This document shows positions 39,055 through 49,414 of a stretch of DNA of 64,000 bases, piece after piece. Within the stretch, counting starts at the first letter, position 1. Each line of letters begins with the position of its first letter. Source of the stretch: Vicugna vicugna (lineage: Eukaryota). The notes under the pieces are model-generated. The model was not told the origin of the DNA. It was given only the letters and a program-made list of their open reading frames with translations, and ran no database searches. Made by a program: the position numbers and the translations under genes. The DNA lies in contig MU062317.1 in NCBI GenBank assembly GCA_013265495.1, positions 930,001 through 994,000 of the forward strand, given 5' to 3'.

Positions 39055-39180
39055 AGGGGGGTACAGCTCAGGGGTGGGGTGCATACCTGGCATGCACGAG
39101 GTCCTGGGTTCAATCCCCAGTACCTCCATTAAATAAAGACATAAACAAACCTAATGACCTCCCCTCCAAAATGAGAGGAA
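39055..39180 (+). mobile_element. tRNA-derived SINE, camelid Vic-1-like, full length with target-site duplication
   Basis: A-box-like cagctcagggg (39064-39074), B-box ggttcaatcc (39107-39116) and a 3' tail tacctccattaaataaa...aaacctaatgacctcccc typical of the camelid SINE as I recall it. An exact 11-bp direct repeat aagaaagattc flanks it at 39044-39054 and 39181-39191. Confidence 0.88.
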
Positions 39181-42100
39181 AAGAAAGATTCTGTTGCCAC
39201 CTGTCGCCACACCTGTAGGAAACTGTCTCTCTGGGTTCCTGGGGTGGGGCTGGGGGGGACAGGGAGCTGGGGGGGAACTCCAAGAGAAAGCCCTTTCCTG
39301 GGGCTTCCTTCCGGGAATGGAGACCTCCCGGGCCCTCCCTTCCACTGCTAACTAGCATGCAGACTCCTGGCGCCCCCAGGAATTCTAATCGGCGGGCAAG
39401 GTGGGGTCTGGGATCTGCGTTGTGAAGGTGACGGGCACTCAGCACAGTCACGTGAGCACTGCGGCTCCCTGGGACCAGCCCCGAGGCGAGCCGGCGGCAA
39501 AGAGTCCCGTTTAGATTTGGCAGCGGGTGGGCTGGGGGTGGGGGGGTGGGTCCTGGACTTTGCGCCTCACAGGTTGACCCCCCGGGACAGGTACCCATGT
39601 GGTTCCTGCCTGAACACATGTCACCCCCGACCAGGCCTCAGGCGCTGCGGGACCGTCTCAGAATCCTGACTTTGGCGAGACTGACGGCCGTCTCTGGGGT
39701 CCGGAGAATCCTATGTCATGAACAGAACAGCAGAGCCACCCCCGGGGTGAGCGCTGGGGCCGGGCCCTGTCGCCGCCCAGTGGGCCGGGGCTCGGAGTCT
39801 ATTCACAGACAGAATGAGGACCACGGAGCAGGAAGAGCCTGGCATGGCCAGTGTGCGCACACAGCAGGCGCCTACTGAATGCCCAGACTTCCCTCTAGTC
39901 CGCACTCTTGGGCCGCAGAGCAGTGGCCTCGCCTCTCCTGCCCAGCCCAGGGACCCAGGCGCCGCTCTTACAGCCCCTCAGCCCGTGACCCCATCTTCCT
40001 TAGGGAAAAAAGAGTCAAAGAGGGGTTGGGGAGCGGCCTCCGGGGGGAGGCCAAGCTGACACCCCAGGAGAAGCCGCCCTGCCCCCGCCCCTCGCGCGCA
40101 CTTCCTCCTGACCACGGAGGCTGCTCCCACCGCTCCGGTTCACAGGCGCCCGGTGCCAGGGTGAGGGCGGGCTGGCTGCCACTCGTGCGTGTGTGCGTGT
40201 GCGTGTGTGTGTGAGATGCAGACGGTAGAATGCCATTTAAGAAGCTGGTATTCATGGACGTCTCTTGAATATGAAAAGAAAACATTTATTTCCTTTTTTC
40301 GCTTGTGAATCAGAAGGCTCTATTTAAAGAAAGTCCCCTCGCCGGCCGGTGGCTGGGTTATTACCCCTTAAGGAAACGGAGCAGAGCGCCAAGGAGGCAC
40401 TCTTAGTCATTCTCTCTCCTTTTCCCGAAAATTCCTTATATACCCGTGCCTCCGAGCTGGGCCTGACACAGTGCAGGATTTCATGGCATTCTTGGTCTAA
40501 AAACGTCTGGGCCTGATGTCGCGGTGCTTGCGAGGGACGGCAGGGGCCTGCGCTGCCGCACGTCCCGGGGAAGTGAGGGCGCGAGGTTTCTGTGCCTCCA
40601 GCCCCCTGCGCCCACGCGGCCCAGCCACCTCCCGCTCGGCTCTGCTCCCGCAGGACGGCTTCTCTCGCTGAAGCCAGACCCCCTTTTGACGCCTGGGAGG
40701 AGGCCCCCACACCCATCACCGTCCAGCTGTTGATTTTACAGGTGTGAACACGCACGGAGCAGCAACTTACGATTCTGGACGCTTTCTGAATGTACGTTGC
40801 GTCTCCTAAGCGCACTCAGAAAATCATTGTGGGGGGAAGAAGCCTGCAACGTGTCTAGGCCTAAAACAAAGCTCCAGAGAACACAGGCGGAGGGTCAGTG
40901 TCGGCGGGAGCTGGGCAGCCGGGCAGAGGGGGCAAAGCAGAGACAGACTCCGAGGCTCTGGGGCCCCTGGGGGTGGGGGGCTGCCGGCTGGCCGCAGTGT
41001 CCCGGTGCCGGGAGAGGGCGGGAGCGGCCAGCCCTGGGAGTGAGGCCCTCACGGCCGCAGGAGGCCGAGGCCCAGGCCCAGCCTGCGCAGCGGGGACCGG
41101 CCCTGGCCCCCTGCCCGCCTCCGGGCCACTGCGCCTGTCCCGCTGCTGGAATTCCAAGAGTAAACACGGTAAGATGCTAAAAGGGAAATAAAACTGAGTA
41201 GGTGCCCCCTGCCCGGGCACACGCAGCACCGGCTTGGGGTGAGGACGCAGGGCGGAGGCCGAAGTGTGGTTCCCCAAGTGGGACGCATGTGGGAGAGAGA
41301 GCGTGGGCAAGTGTGTGCGCGTGGCACAGCGCACGGCCACTTGCACACGGGCCGCCGGGGTGGCCCTGGGACATGCCGACCCCTGCAGTAGTATGCCTGC
41401 TGAGTCACTGAAAGTCCCCAGGGACCCATCCCAAAGTGTCCCTCTGCACCTTGGGGCCCCGCGGGGGAGTGGGCGTGCTGGGAGGGGGTGGGGGGTCTTT
41501 GTCCACCTCTGCTCCACCCGCCGTCCCCGCTGGGCTCCTCCTGCCAGGGTCCTGGGCACAGAAGCTGAGGCTGGAAGGAGTCTCCCCTCTCTCCGTCCGG
41601 ATTGGCTGTTCTGACCCCACCGCACATTCTAATTCCCTGGGTGTTTTCACAAACCTGATGCCCAGGGAGGTTTCCTGGGATTTGGGGTTCAGAACCAGGA
41701 CAGTCCTGGGCAAACAGACATGGCTGGCCCTTCCATCTGGCCAAAGCCTGGCACCCCCAGGGCGGGGTCTGGGGACCTGTATTTCTGATGCTCCAGCTGA
41801 TTCCAATGGGTGTGACCCTCACACCTGGACCTCTGCTCGCAGAGGGAAACCCGGGAAGTCTGAAGGACAGTCCTGACCTTCCGGTACCAGCTGTCACATT
41901 TTTCTCTGCAAATGCAGGGACACTCTCAGGGGTCAGGGGCTCACCTTCCCTCCAGGCTGGGTGAACTCGCTTCTTGGGGTCGCCTGGAGCACCGGCAGGG
42001 CCTGCTGAGCCCAGCTGGCCTCCCCCATGTCCTGGGGCCGTGGGTCCATCCCCAGGGCTGGCTGGGGCTGAGAGTGCCCAGGATCCCGTGGCCACTGACA

Positions 42101-43499
42101 GCTGGGGGGCGCAGAGGAGGCTCCTGCCGGCTGAACACAATCTCTTTCTTCTGCAGGGGCTGCCAGCAAATGAAGTGCCCGTGGGCCCAGACCAGCTGCT
42201 GGCCACTATCAGTGTTCCTCCCGGGGCATGAGCACTTCCTTCCTGAATCCCAGGGCGCTGCCCAGACGGCTGTGGTGGTGCTGGTGGCCTTGTCCTCTGT
42301 GGTCATTGCAGGGGGCAGGATGCTGGGAAGCCCATGCCTCCGGGGCCACCAGATGCATTCAGGATCCTTATGGTGACAAGGCATGCACGTGTGTCTGTCT
42401 CCAGGTTGACAGGGTTTCTCGTTTGGTCATCACGCCGCAGGGACCAGAGAGCTGAAGCGTGTTCCCAAGAGCCTCGGAATGCTGTCCCGGAGGCAGATGG
42501 GTGCTCGGTTGTAACAGGAGTCACCTGTGCCTGAGCTCAGACCTGGACGGCCTCGGAGGCCGGGAGCCCTGGGGGTGTCTGGGAACCAGCTCACACAGCC
42601 ACACGGCACATCTGCATTAACACCTGGGCGTATGGTAAATTCACAGGAAAGAGGACGGGGTCCTTGAGGCCAGAGTGTGAGCGGGTGAACGCAGGAGGCA
42701 GGGGACGGAGGCCAGCGCCCCATGGAGACCCAGATCCGAGGTGGGGGTGGAGGCCCAGACGGTGGTGTGAATCCCGGCCAGGCTGCGGAGGATGCCCGGC
42801 GCAGAGGCCAGCCCCACCCCGGGAGCCCCTGAGCGGATCTGCCCCACCCCACGTTGCACTGACCGTGGCCTCAGCCCTCGACCCGGGAGCGCCTCCGGGG
42901 CCCTCGGAGAAGCCAGCTCTGGGCTCTGCGTGTTTGTGCGTGTGCCACCGAGCCTTTGGAAGCCGCGCCCCACGACATTCGCTCCTGGAGACATCAGAGG
43001 CCGAGCTCCCAGGGTGTTGGCACCCTGCGTCGCCGAGAACCAGACACTTCACTGGGCATCACTGTCCTCCCACCACTTTGGACCAAAAACAGGCCTCCAA
43101 GCTCCTCCTCCTTTTAAGGCTAAATGGCTCCCACCTTGGGAAACAGAGCATCACTGCTCTAAAATTATCCGTGGGGGGCCGCGCGCACACGCGGCCTGAC
43201 TCCTCTCACCCCCAGGCCCTTCTTCGAGGCCGGGTCTCCTGGATAATCAGTCTTAAAATTACAGAGACGTCAGAATCTGAGCGTGCAGGGCTGGGCAGCA
43301 GCTTTTGCCTGGAACACCCCCTAGTCCGTGTCTCTGGGTCCACAGGGCGGCCAGTGGGGCCCAGCCCTCGCTAAAGCTGTCCTGGGGACCCCGGAGGAGC
43401 CAGCCTGGGGGCTGTGTGACTGTAGCGCTGGACCGCTGGCCACCTGAGGCCTTGGGGCCGTTTCCCCCATGACCTCGGAGCTTCCCACAGGCCCTGGCC

Positions 43500-44040
43500 T
43501 GTTTGTTGATTGAGCAAACGAACATGTATGTCAATATTCAGAAACGAAAGCCAAGGGGATGAGGTAATCCACTCGAGTAAATTCTTCAGATAATTGAAAA
43601 CCCATCAATTCACATTAACGTTTTCCACCAGCGTCTCAAGCAGAGGCAGATGCATTTTTTTCAACAGATGATGCTTAAGTGCCAGTTCCAGGCTAGGCGA
43701 CGCTCTCGGCACCAGAGAGGCTGACTTTCTGGGGGAGACAGGCGCCCAACCAAGAAACAGGCAGCACACGGGCACGTCCATGCAAAAATCGCTCCTGCCG
43801 CCTCCCGCGGGGGCCTCCTGCGGGGCGCGCCCCAGGCTGGGCGCACCGCTGTGGAACCTGCCCTGGGGACAGGTGGCTCCTCCGAGGAGCCAGCTCCACA
43901 GCCCGTCCCCCTCGAGGCTGTCTCTTAATTAGCCAAATAAACAGCACCGCGAGAGATGTCATGATTTACTCAGCAAATGATCAAAATCATTGTTCTTCAG
44001 ACCCCAGGGCAATAAAACGCAATTATGGGGAGATTCATTC
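43500..44040. promoter_or_regulatory. Candidate enhancer (two AT-rich blocks)
   Basis: TAATCC, AGATAATTG, TAATTA, ATAAACA, TGATTTAC and GGGCAATAAA. Confidence 0.45.
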
Positions 44041-46367
44041 TGGGCAGGGTGAGCGGTGGCTGTGTCAGCGGGCAGCGGGGTCTGGGTGGAGGGGGCGGGA
44101 GCTGGAGGGTGGTCCCTGGCAGGCGGACAGACCACCGCCCTCCGAGAGGAAGCCCAGGGGCCGTCTCCTCGCACCTCAAGCTCCATCTGTCCCCAAGGAG
44201 ACAGCCGGCAGGCCCAGGTTTGGGGGGACACACCTGACACAGGTGTGCTTTCCTCCATAACGACAGGGAGGCACTTCCTGGCGTGTCCCGAAGCACCAGG
44301 AGGGGGCGGTTAGAGTCACTGAACGTTCCCGACGCGCACGCGGGGAGGGGAGCGGCGGGTGACAGTGGGAGGAGGACCTCCCCATTTTGCTGAAGTGAAA
44401 TTCCTACATGAGACAGAGATGCTACTGCCCCCTTGGCCCTGAGGGTCGTAGGTCACCCAGCAGGGGACAGACGTGATTTTGCCAGAGTTGTGGAGTCACC
44501 AGAAACCGCGTGCAGGCCAGGCACTCTGCCCACCACAAACTGAGAAGAGCAGGTGGGGCCCTTCAGTGTTAATTTGCCGGAATGTTCCGGCACAGGATTT
44601 CCAAGCAGAAAGCTGCGCCCTTGGCGTCTCAGAATGCAGGGGGAATGATTGGTTTGCTTTGATTCTGAGCCCGTCCCCGGAGGGGCGCCCGTCCTGTGTC
44701 TGCGAGGGGCTCTCCCCGGGTCCCCCTCTCCTGCTTGACTCGCAGACCAGACCCCACGGGGGCAACCACGCTCCTGAGCCCGGCCGGCCACGGAGCCACT
44801 CCGCCACCCCCCCACCCTCGGGGGGGTCCAAACCGTGCGGGACCCTTCTCGGAGTCTGTGTGTCGTCTGTGCTAGAATGTCACTCCCTGTTCTTCTCCAG
44901 TAAGTGAGCGCGTGTGAACTGTAGTAAGATCACAGCACCCCGGCTTACAGAACGGAATCAGCAGCGTGAGCGTGAGCGGTCTCACACACAAAGGTCACAA
45001 CCGCCGTGAGAGGACGCTCCTCCGTGCACCCTCCCTGGGAGCCGACTCTGACGTCCCTGGGCGGCCCCGGTTCCCCCGCTGTGATCCTGGAGCCCTGACA
45101 TTTCCCTTGTCCCAGGGCCTGCTTTGGGCCGAGCTGACCGCAGGCCTGGGGCAGCATCTCAGCCGGAGCACGAGGGACGCCTGGCGCGGTCAGGAAGCCT
45201 GGGAAGGCCCGGGTTCCGGAGCTGGAGTTTTCCCTCCTAACCTCGGGCCCTGTTTGCAGGCGAAGGCAGGGACCACAGCAGCTGCTTGGCAGGCACCGCA
45301 ACAAAGCCAGACAGACGTTGTCTGTCTCAGGACGCAAGCAAGGCTGCTCACCAGGGAAGATGTTTCCACCTGAGGCCCAAACCAACATCCGGGAGCTAGA
45401 AAGAAACCACTTACACCTTATGATTCATTTCCAGCAAAAGTGGGTTCACCCTGAACTTTCGGGGTGCCTGCTTCCTCCTCCCCCTCCTTCCTGCCCGATT
45501 CTGCGCTCGGTGCTCGACCACGAACAGCTGCCCCGACCGCGCTGGACGACACGGGAGGCCGCGAGGCCCAGCGGTGGTCCCGGAGCGGGCGGGCGGCGCC
45601 CGAACTCGCCAAGAACACGGGGTCAGACAGACAAGGCCAGTGCGTCTGGAGCAGGTCGGGGGGACACGCGGGACGGAGGCAAACACCCCCGAGCGCCGGC
45701 AGAGAGGCGGCGGCCGGACCCGGGCGAGGAACAAAGCCACTGCAGGGGCGGGGGGCGCCGAGGAGGGGCGCGCTCCCGCACGTACACGGGCGAGAAGCAG
45801 TATCACAAAGCCAACAGGCGCCGGGCAGATAACAGCCACGGCCTGTACCAGGCCCGGCACCCAAGGCGGCGCCGATACGGCCGTTTCTGTGAAAATAGAG
45901 CAAACGGGCCGCAGCAGAGGAGACCAGAGCCAGGCTGCCTCAAGGTCACCCACGGGGCTACCTGGGGGTCCTTGACCCGCCAACGTCTGAAGCCCCTCCT
46001 AGCTAAACAGTCCAGGCCTCCCTGAGTGCGCGGCACAAACACCCTTACTTTCCTGCGGGCCAGCCGGGCCGGGAGCACGGGACAGGCCCCGTGCAGAAAG
46101 CGTCACACAGCCCGAACCACTCCCCTGGCAGGGTGTCCGAAAACGCTCTCCTTCCCCGGGAGGGCGACCCTGTGGGTCTCGAGAGCGCGCGCCGTGCTCC
46201 GGGCGGCCCGCATCGCCCAATCCCCTCCCCGGCCCCTCCCCCACCTGGCCCGCCCAGTCTGCAGGGGACCCAACCTTGAGAGGCTCGCGCTGAGTCGGCT
46301 GCCCGGGGACGACAGACTCACACAGTCCAGCTTTCAAGCTGTGGCCTCCATCAATTTGAGTGGGGAT

Positions 46368-46450
46368 ATTGGCAGGCCTGTTCCTTTGTCCATCTGGTAC
46401 ACACCCCCCCCCCCCCCCCATTGGCAGGCCTGTTCCTTTGTCCATCTGGT
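46368..46450. repeat. Exact 31-bp direct duplication with an intervening C16 run
   Basis: attggcaggcctgttcctttgtccatctggt occurs at 46368-46398 and 46420-46450. Confidence 0.95.
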
Positions 46451-47884
46451 CAACCCACCCCCCCACCCCCTGCTCTAAACCTTCAGAGCCCTTTGGAGAG
46501 CTTGGGCTGTCAGCTGGCACCTGGGGAGGGGGTTCTGTGTCCCCTGTGTGCACACGCCATGTGTTACCATGAACCACACCCCACCTGCCTGCTGGAGGGG
46601 ACACACTTGTGTCCTTGTGCAGGGAGCAGGGCTCTCGGATCTGCCTCCACCACCACCAGCACGCGCACCGACCCAACCAGCCTTCTTGAGATCCTTACAA
46701 GGGGTTTCAAAAGCAGATGGGCCCGGGGGAGACGCTCAGGGCTGCGGGGGGCCAGGAGCCTCCCGGGGGCAGGGAAGAGGCCATGCACTGTGCACCCCAC
46801 GTCTCTAGGGAGCAGTGCAAAACTGCAGACTCTTCAGATGGCAAAGACAGACCCAAGTTCACCCCTCTCTGTACGCAGAGCACAGAAGTACACCCAGTTT
46901 GGGAACTCCTCCAAAGCCACCAAGTTGGTTGCCCTGACCCTCGCTGCCCTAGTCCGCCTGTAGGGGGCACGGCTGCCGGCCGCACAGGGTCCTCTTCCCT
47001 CCGTGGACAGCTCGCCCCTTCCTGGAGCTGACCCCCATCCAAGCACTTTTGGAAGCTGTGAAACACCCAGAAGGAATCTGGCTTTGTGTTTGCATTTTCC
47101 ATCCAGGCAGCGTCCTGGCCAGAAATACCACCGAACACTGGCTACATGGGGAGGGCAGAAAGGCCAGGACCACTTGTGTGGGGCCCATGGTCCTCATGAG
47201 ACCCCCTTGAAAGTCCCCCAAACTGGGGCCCAGTGACCCTCGTGGCCGGAGCAGGACGCCTCCAGAGGGAGGGCCACCTTGGGGGAGGCCGGCTCCCACC
47301 CACCTAACTGACCGCCCCTCTCCTGACCACATGTGGGCCCCAGGATGCTTGAGCCAGGCCCAGATCGTCAGGGAAACTGAAACCAAAAGACTCCCCTCTT
47401 CGCCCCCACTAATCTGAGAGGTGAGGGGTCCTGTGACAGAACTGGGGGACCTGGGGACGCTGGGTAGGAGGCCCTCGGCCTGGACGCGCACTGGGCACGT
47501 GGCAGCAGTGAGGCCACCGGGCATGCTTCACGAGCTGCCCCTGAGCGGCTGCTCCTGCCAGGAGCTGGGCTCCCATCTGAGGAGCTCTCCCCGGATTCGA
47601 GACTCCTGTCCTGGGACAGCCCATCAGTCTTCAGGGTTCTGCCGAGACTGCAGCCCTAGCACCTAAGATCCAGACGGGAAGCACGGGGTGTTTTAAGACA
47701 TGAGCTCATTAAAGACACATTTCCGGGAAGAGGGCGGGTGCAGCCCCGGGGGCTGCCAGGCGTCGCCAGGCCCCTGGTGTTCTCAGGGCCGCGTCCTGTA
47801 AGCTGCAGGACGAAGCGAGCCTGGGAAATGTGACATGCGAACGCTCTCTCCGACCAGCCTCCTGCCTCGGGTGGTGCTGCGTAG

Positions 47885-47940
47885 CCCGGATTTATAAATA
47901 GATGGGACACAAGATAAGTGGCCGCGATCAATCACACGCC
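47885..47940. promoter_or_regulatory. Candidate regulatory module just inside intron 2 (MEF2/TATA-like, GATA/EVI1-type, NKX2, PBX-HOX)
   Basis: ttataaatag (47892-47901), acaagataa (47909-47917), taagtg (47915-47920) and atcaatca = TGATTGAT (47927-47934). Confidence 0.5.
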
Positions 47941-47955
47941 CGCAACGGTGCTCAC

Positions 47956-48305
47956 CTCCCATCCGAAGTCTGCCTCCTTCAGCGTGGCCCGGGGCGCCAC
48001 CATGTAAGGGCCGAACCGCTCCCCGACTTCCATCTTCTTCTTGGCCCAGACCCCCAGGCCGGCCCCCGGGATGGAGGACTCACGGAGCTCGAAGTCCGGT
48101 GGGATGGGGATGTCCTCGGGGATGTAGACGGGGGCCTCGTACGGCGAGCCTTCCTTGGGGGTGAAGTCCTCGCTGGTGGGGAAGGGGGACGGCGGCCCCA
48201 TGGGGATGGGGGACATGACGCTGTCCTCCGTCTCGTCCTCCGCGCTCTCGCCGGCCAGCAGGTCAGGGTCCGGCCCATACATGTTATTTACAAGGTCGCC
48301 GTCAC
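47956..48305 (-). CDS. PRDM16: PRDM16 coding exon 2 (codons 13-129; N-terminal part of the PR/SET domain)
   Basis: The minus-strand translation DGDLVNNMYGPDPDLLAGESAEDETEDSVMSPIPMGPPSPFPTSEDFTPKEGSPYEAPVYIPEDIPIPPDFELRESSIPGAGLGVWAKKKMEVGERFGPYMVAPRATLKEADFGWE matches mammalian PRDM16 as I recall it (MECOM has KAPIYIPDD and RESNMPG instead). Acceptor: ccttctttccccCAG|GTGAC. Donor: TGGGAG|GTGAGC. The 350-bp length equals the known exon 2 (phase 1 in, phase 0 out). Confidence 0.97.
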
Positions 48306-48330
48306 CTGGGGGAAAGAAGGCAGCGTCAGG
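48306..48330 (-). other. PRDM16: Exon 2 3' splice site: branch point (CCTGAC, A at 48326, -21), polypyrimidine tract and CAG
   Basis: The minus strand reads cctgacgctgccttctttccccCAG|G, with a yUnAy branch consensus at the normal distance. Confidence 0.85.
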
Positions 48331-48530
48331 CTCTGGGGCCTGGCTCCTTGGCACTCGAGGCTCGGGGACCACCGGGGACGTAGGTCAGAACAGAAGTTGG
48401 GGCTCCAGAGACCCAGAGGCCACCCGGCTGCCACCTCTGCCCCGGGGACACGGCTTCTACTCCGTCTGGGCCGAGCAGCCCTCACTCCCTGCTCGGGGCT
48501 CCCCAGGGACGGTCCCAATCCCAGCAGGTG

Positions 48531-48941
48531 CCCCGGGAGCAACGCAGAGAGCTCTCCCTGGGCCCCCAAGGCCTCAGGCCGCGGCCCGAGCACATGCTGA
48601 CCCCGGGAGCAATGCAGAGAGCTCTCCCTGGGACCCCGAGGCCTCAGGCCGCGGCCTGAGCACATGCTGACCCCAGGAGCAGCACAGTTCTCCCTGGGCC
48701 CCAGAGGCCGCAGGCCGCGGCCCGAGCACATGCTGACCCCGGGAGCAACGCAGAGAGCTCTCCCTGGGCCCCCGAGGCCTCAGGCCGCGGCCCGAGCACA
48801 TGCTGACCCCAGGAGCAGCACAGTTCTCCCTGGGCCCCAGAGGCCGCAGGCCGCGGCCCGAGCACATGCTGACCCCGGGAGCAGCACAGTTCTCCTTGGG
48901 CCCCAGAGGCCGCAGGCCGCGGCCCGAGCACATGCTGACCC
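48531..48941. repeat. GC-rich minisatellite: six units of 70 bp (A) or 66 bp (B) in the order A-A-B-A-B-B'
   Basis: Units start at 48531, 48601, 48671, 48737, 48807 and 48873. All end caggccgcggcc(c/t)gagcacatgctga. A units carry aa(c/t)gcagagagctctcc and B units carry agcacagttctcc. Confidence 0.95.
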
Positions 48942-49414
48942 ATTCTGCGCTCATGCAGGGAGGGAAGGGGGTGCCCGCCTTCCACAGGGGAAGCATTCGT
49001 GCCAGAAGCCTTGCGGTTTGCGTCTGCAGCCTTGGAAGTGAGAGGACGGGGGCAAGTCCCAGGTTCCTGGGTGGACTGTGAAATTTGCCCCAACACCAGG
49101 GCAGCTCGGGAAGGACGGCTGGGCCCCGGGGAGGGCTCCTGGAGTCCCCAGGGACCTCACAGCGGGTGAGGACAGGGGCCTGCTGGGGTCATGAGGATGA
49201 GACTCATGGGAGCAGGACACTGGACTGAGCAAGAGGGTCCCCAGCTTGTCTGTCTGGTGTGGGCCTCTCCTTGGGGCCCAGCCTAAGAGGCGGTCGATGC
49301 CAGGACCGTGCCTCCTAGGAGGGCCCCAGAGGGCGGCCTGAGGCACAGAAGGCGGCATAAAAGGTTGGCGGTGGGGGAGAGAGGGCAGGCAGGCCGGTTG
49401 GACAGTCAGGAAAC

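Larger units (their letters stand above)
1..47955 (-). other. PRDM16: PRDM16 intron 2 (partial; exon 3 apparently beyond the left edge)
   Basis: It starts at the GTGAG donor at 47955. I saw no match to the short exon 3 (QILTDVEVSPQEGCITK-like) by eye. Human intron 2 is longer than 50 kb, which fits. Confidence 0.8.

Noticed and set aside
39055-39130. tRNA-Ala-like gene
   Set aside because: The A box is degenerate and the sequence continues into a SINE tail with a target-site duplication, so it is a SINE, not a tRNA.
1-47955. PRDM16 exon 3
   Set aside because: I found no match to the ~51-bp exon by eye, so it probably lies left of the window. A TBLASTN or spliced alignment would settle this.
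47956-48305. MECOM (MDS1-EVI1) as an alternative identity for the exon
   Set aside because: Diagnostic residues (YEAPVYIPED, RESSIPG, GVWAK), the exon length and the GC-rich context match PRDM16.
47932-48372. The 146-aa ORF as a stand-alone gene
   Set aside because: Only 47956-48305 is exonic; the MVPEPR... start and VSTVAGV end are intron read-through beyond canonical splice sites.
48531-48941. CRISPR-like array
   Set aside because: The DNA is mammalian and the units are head-to-tail repeats without unique spacers.
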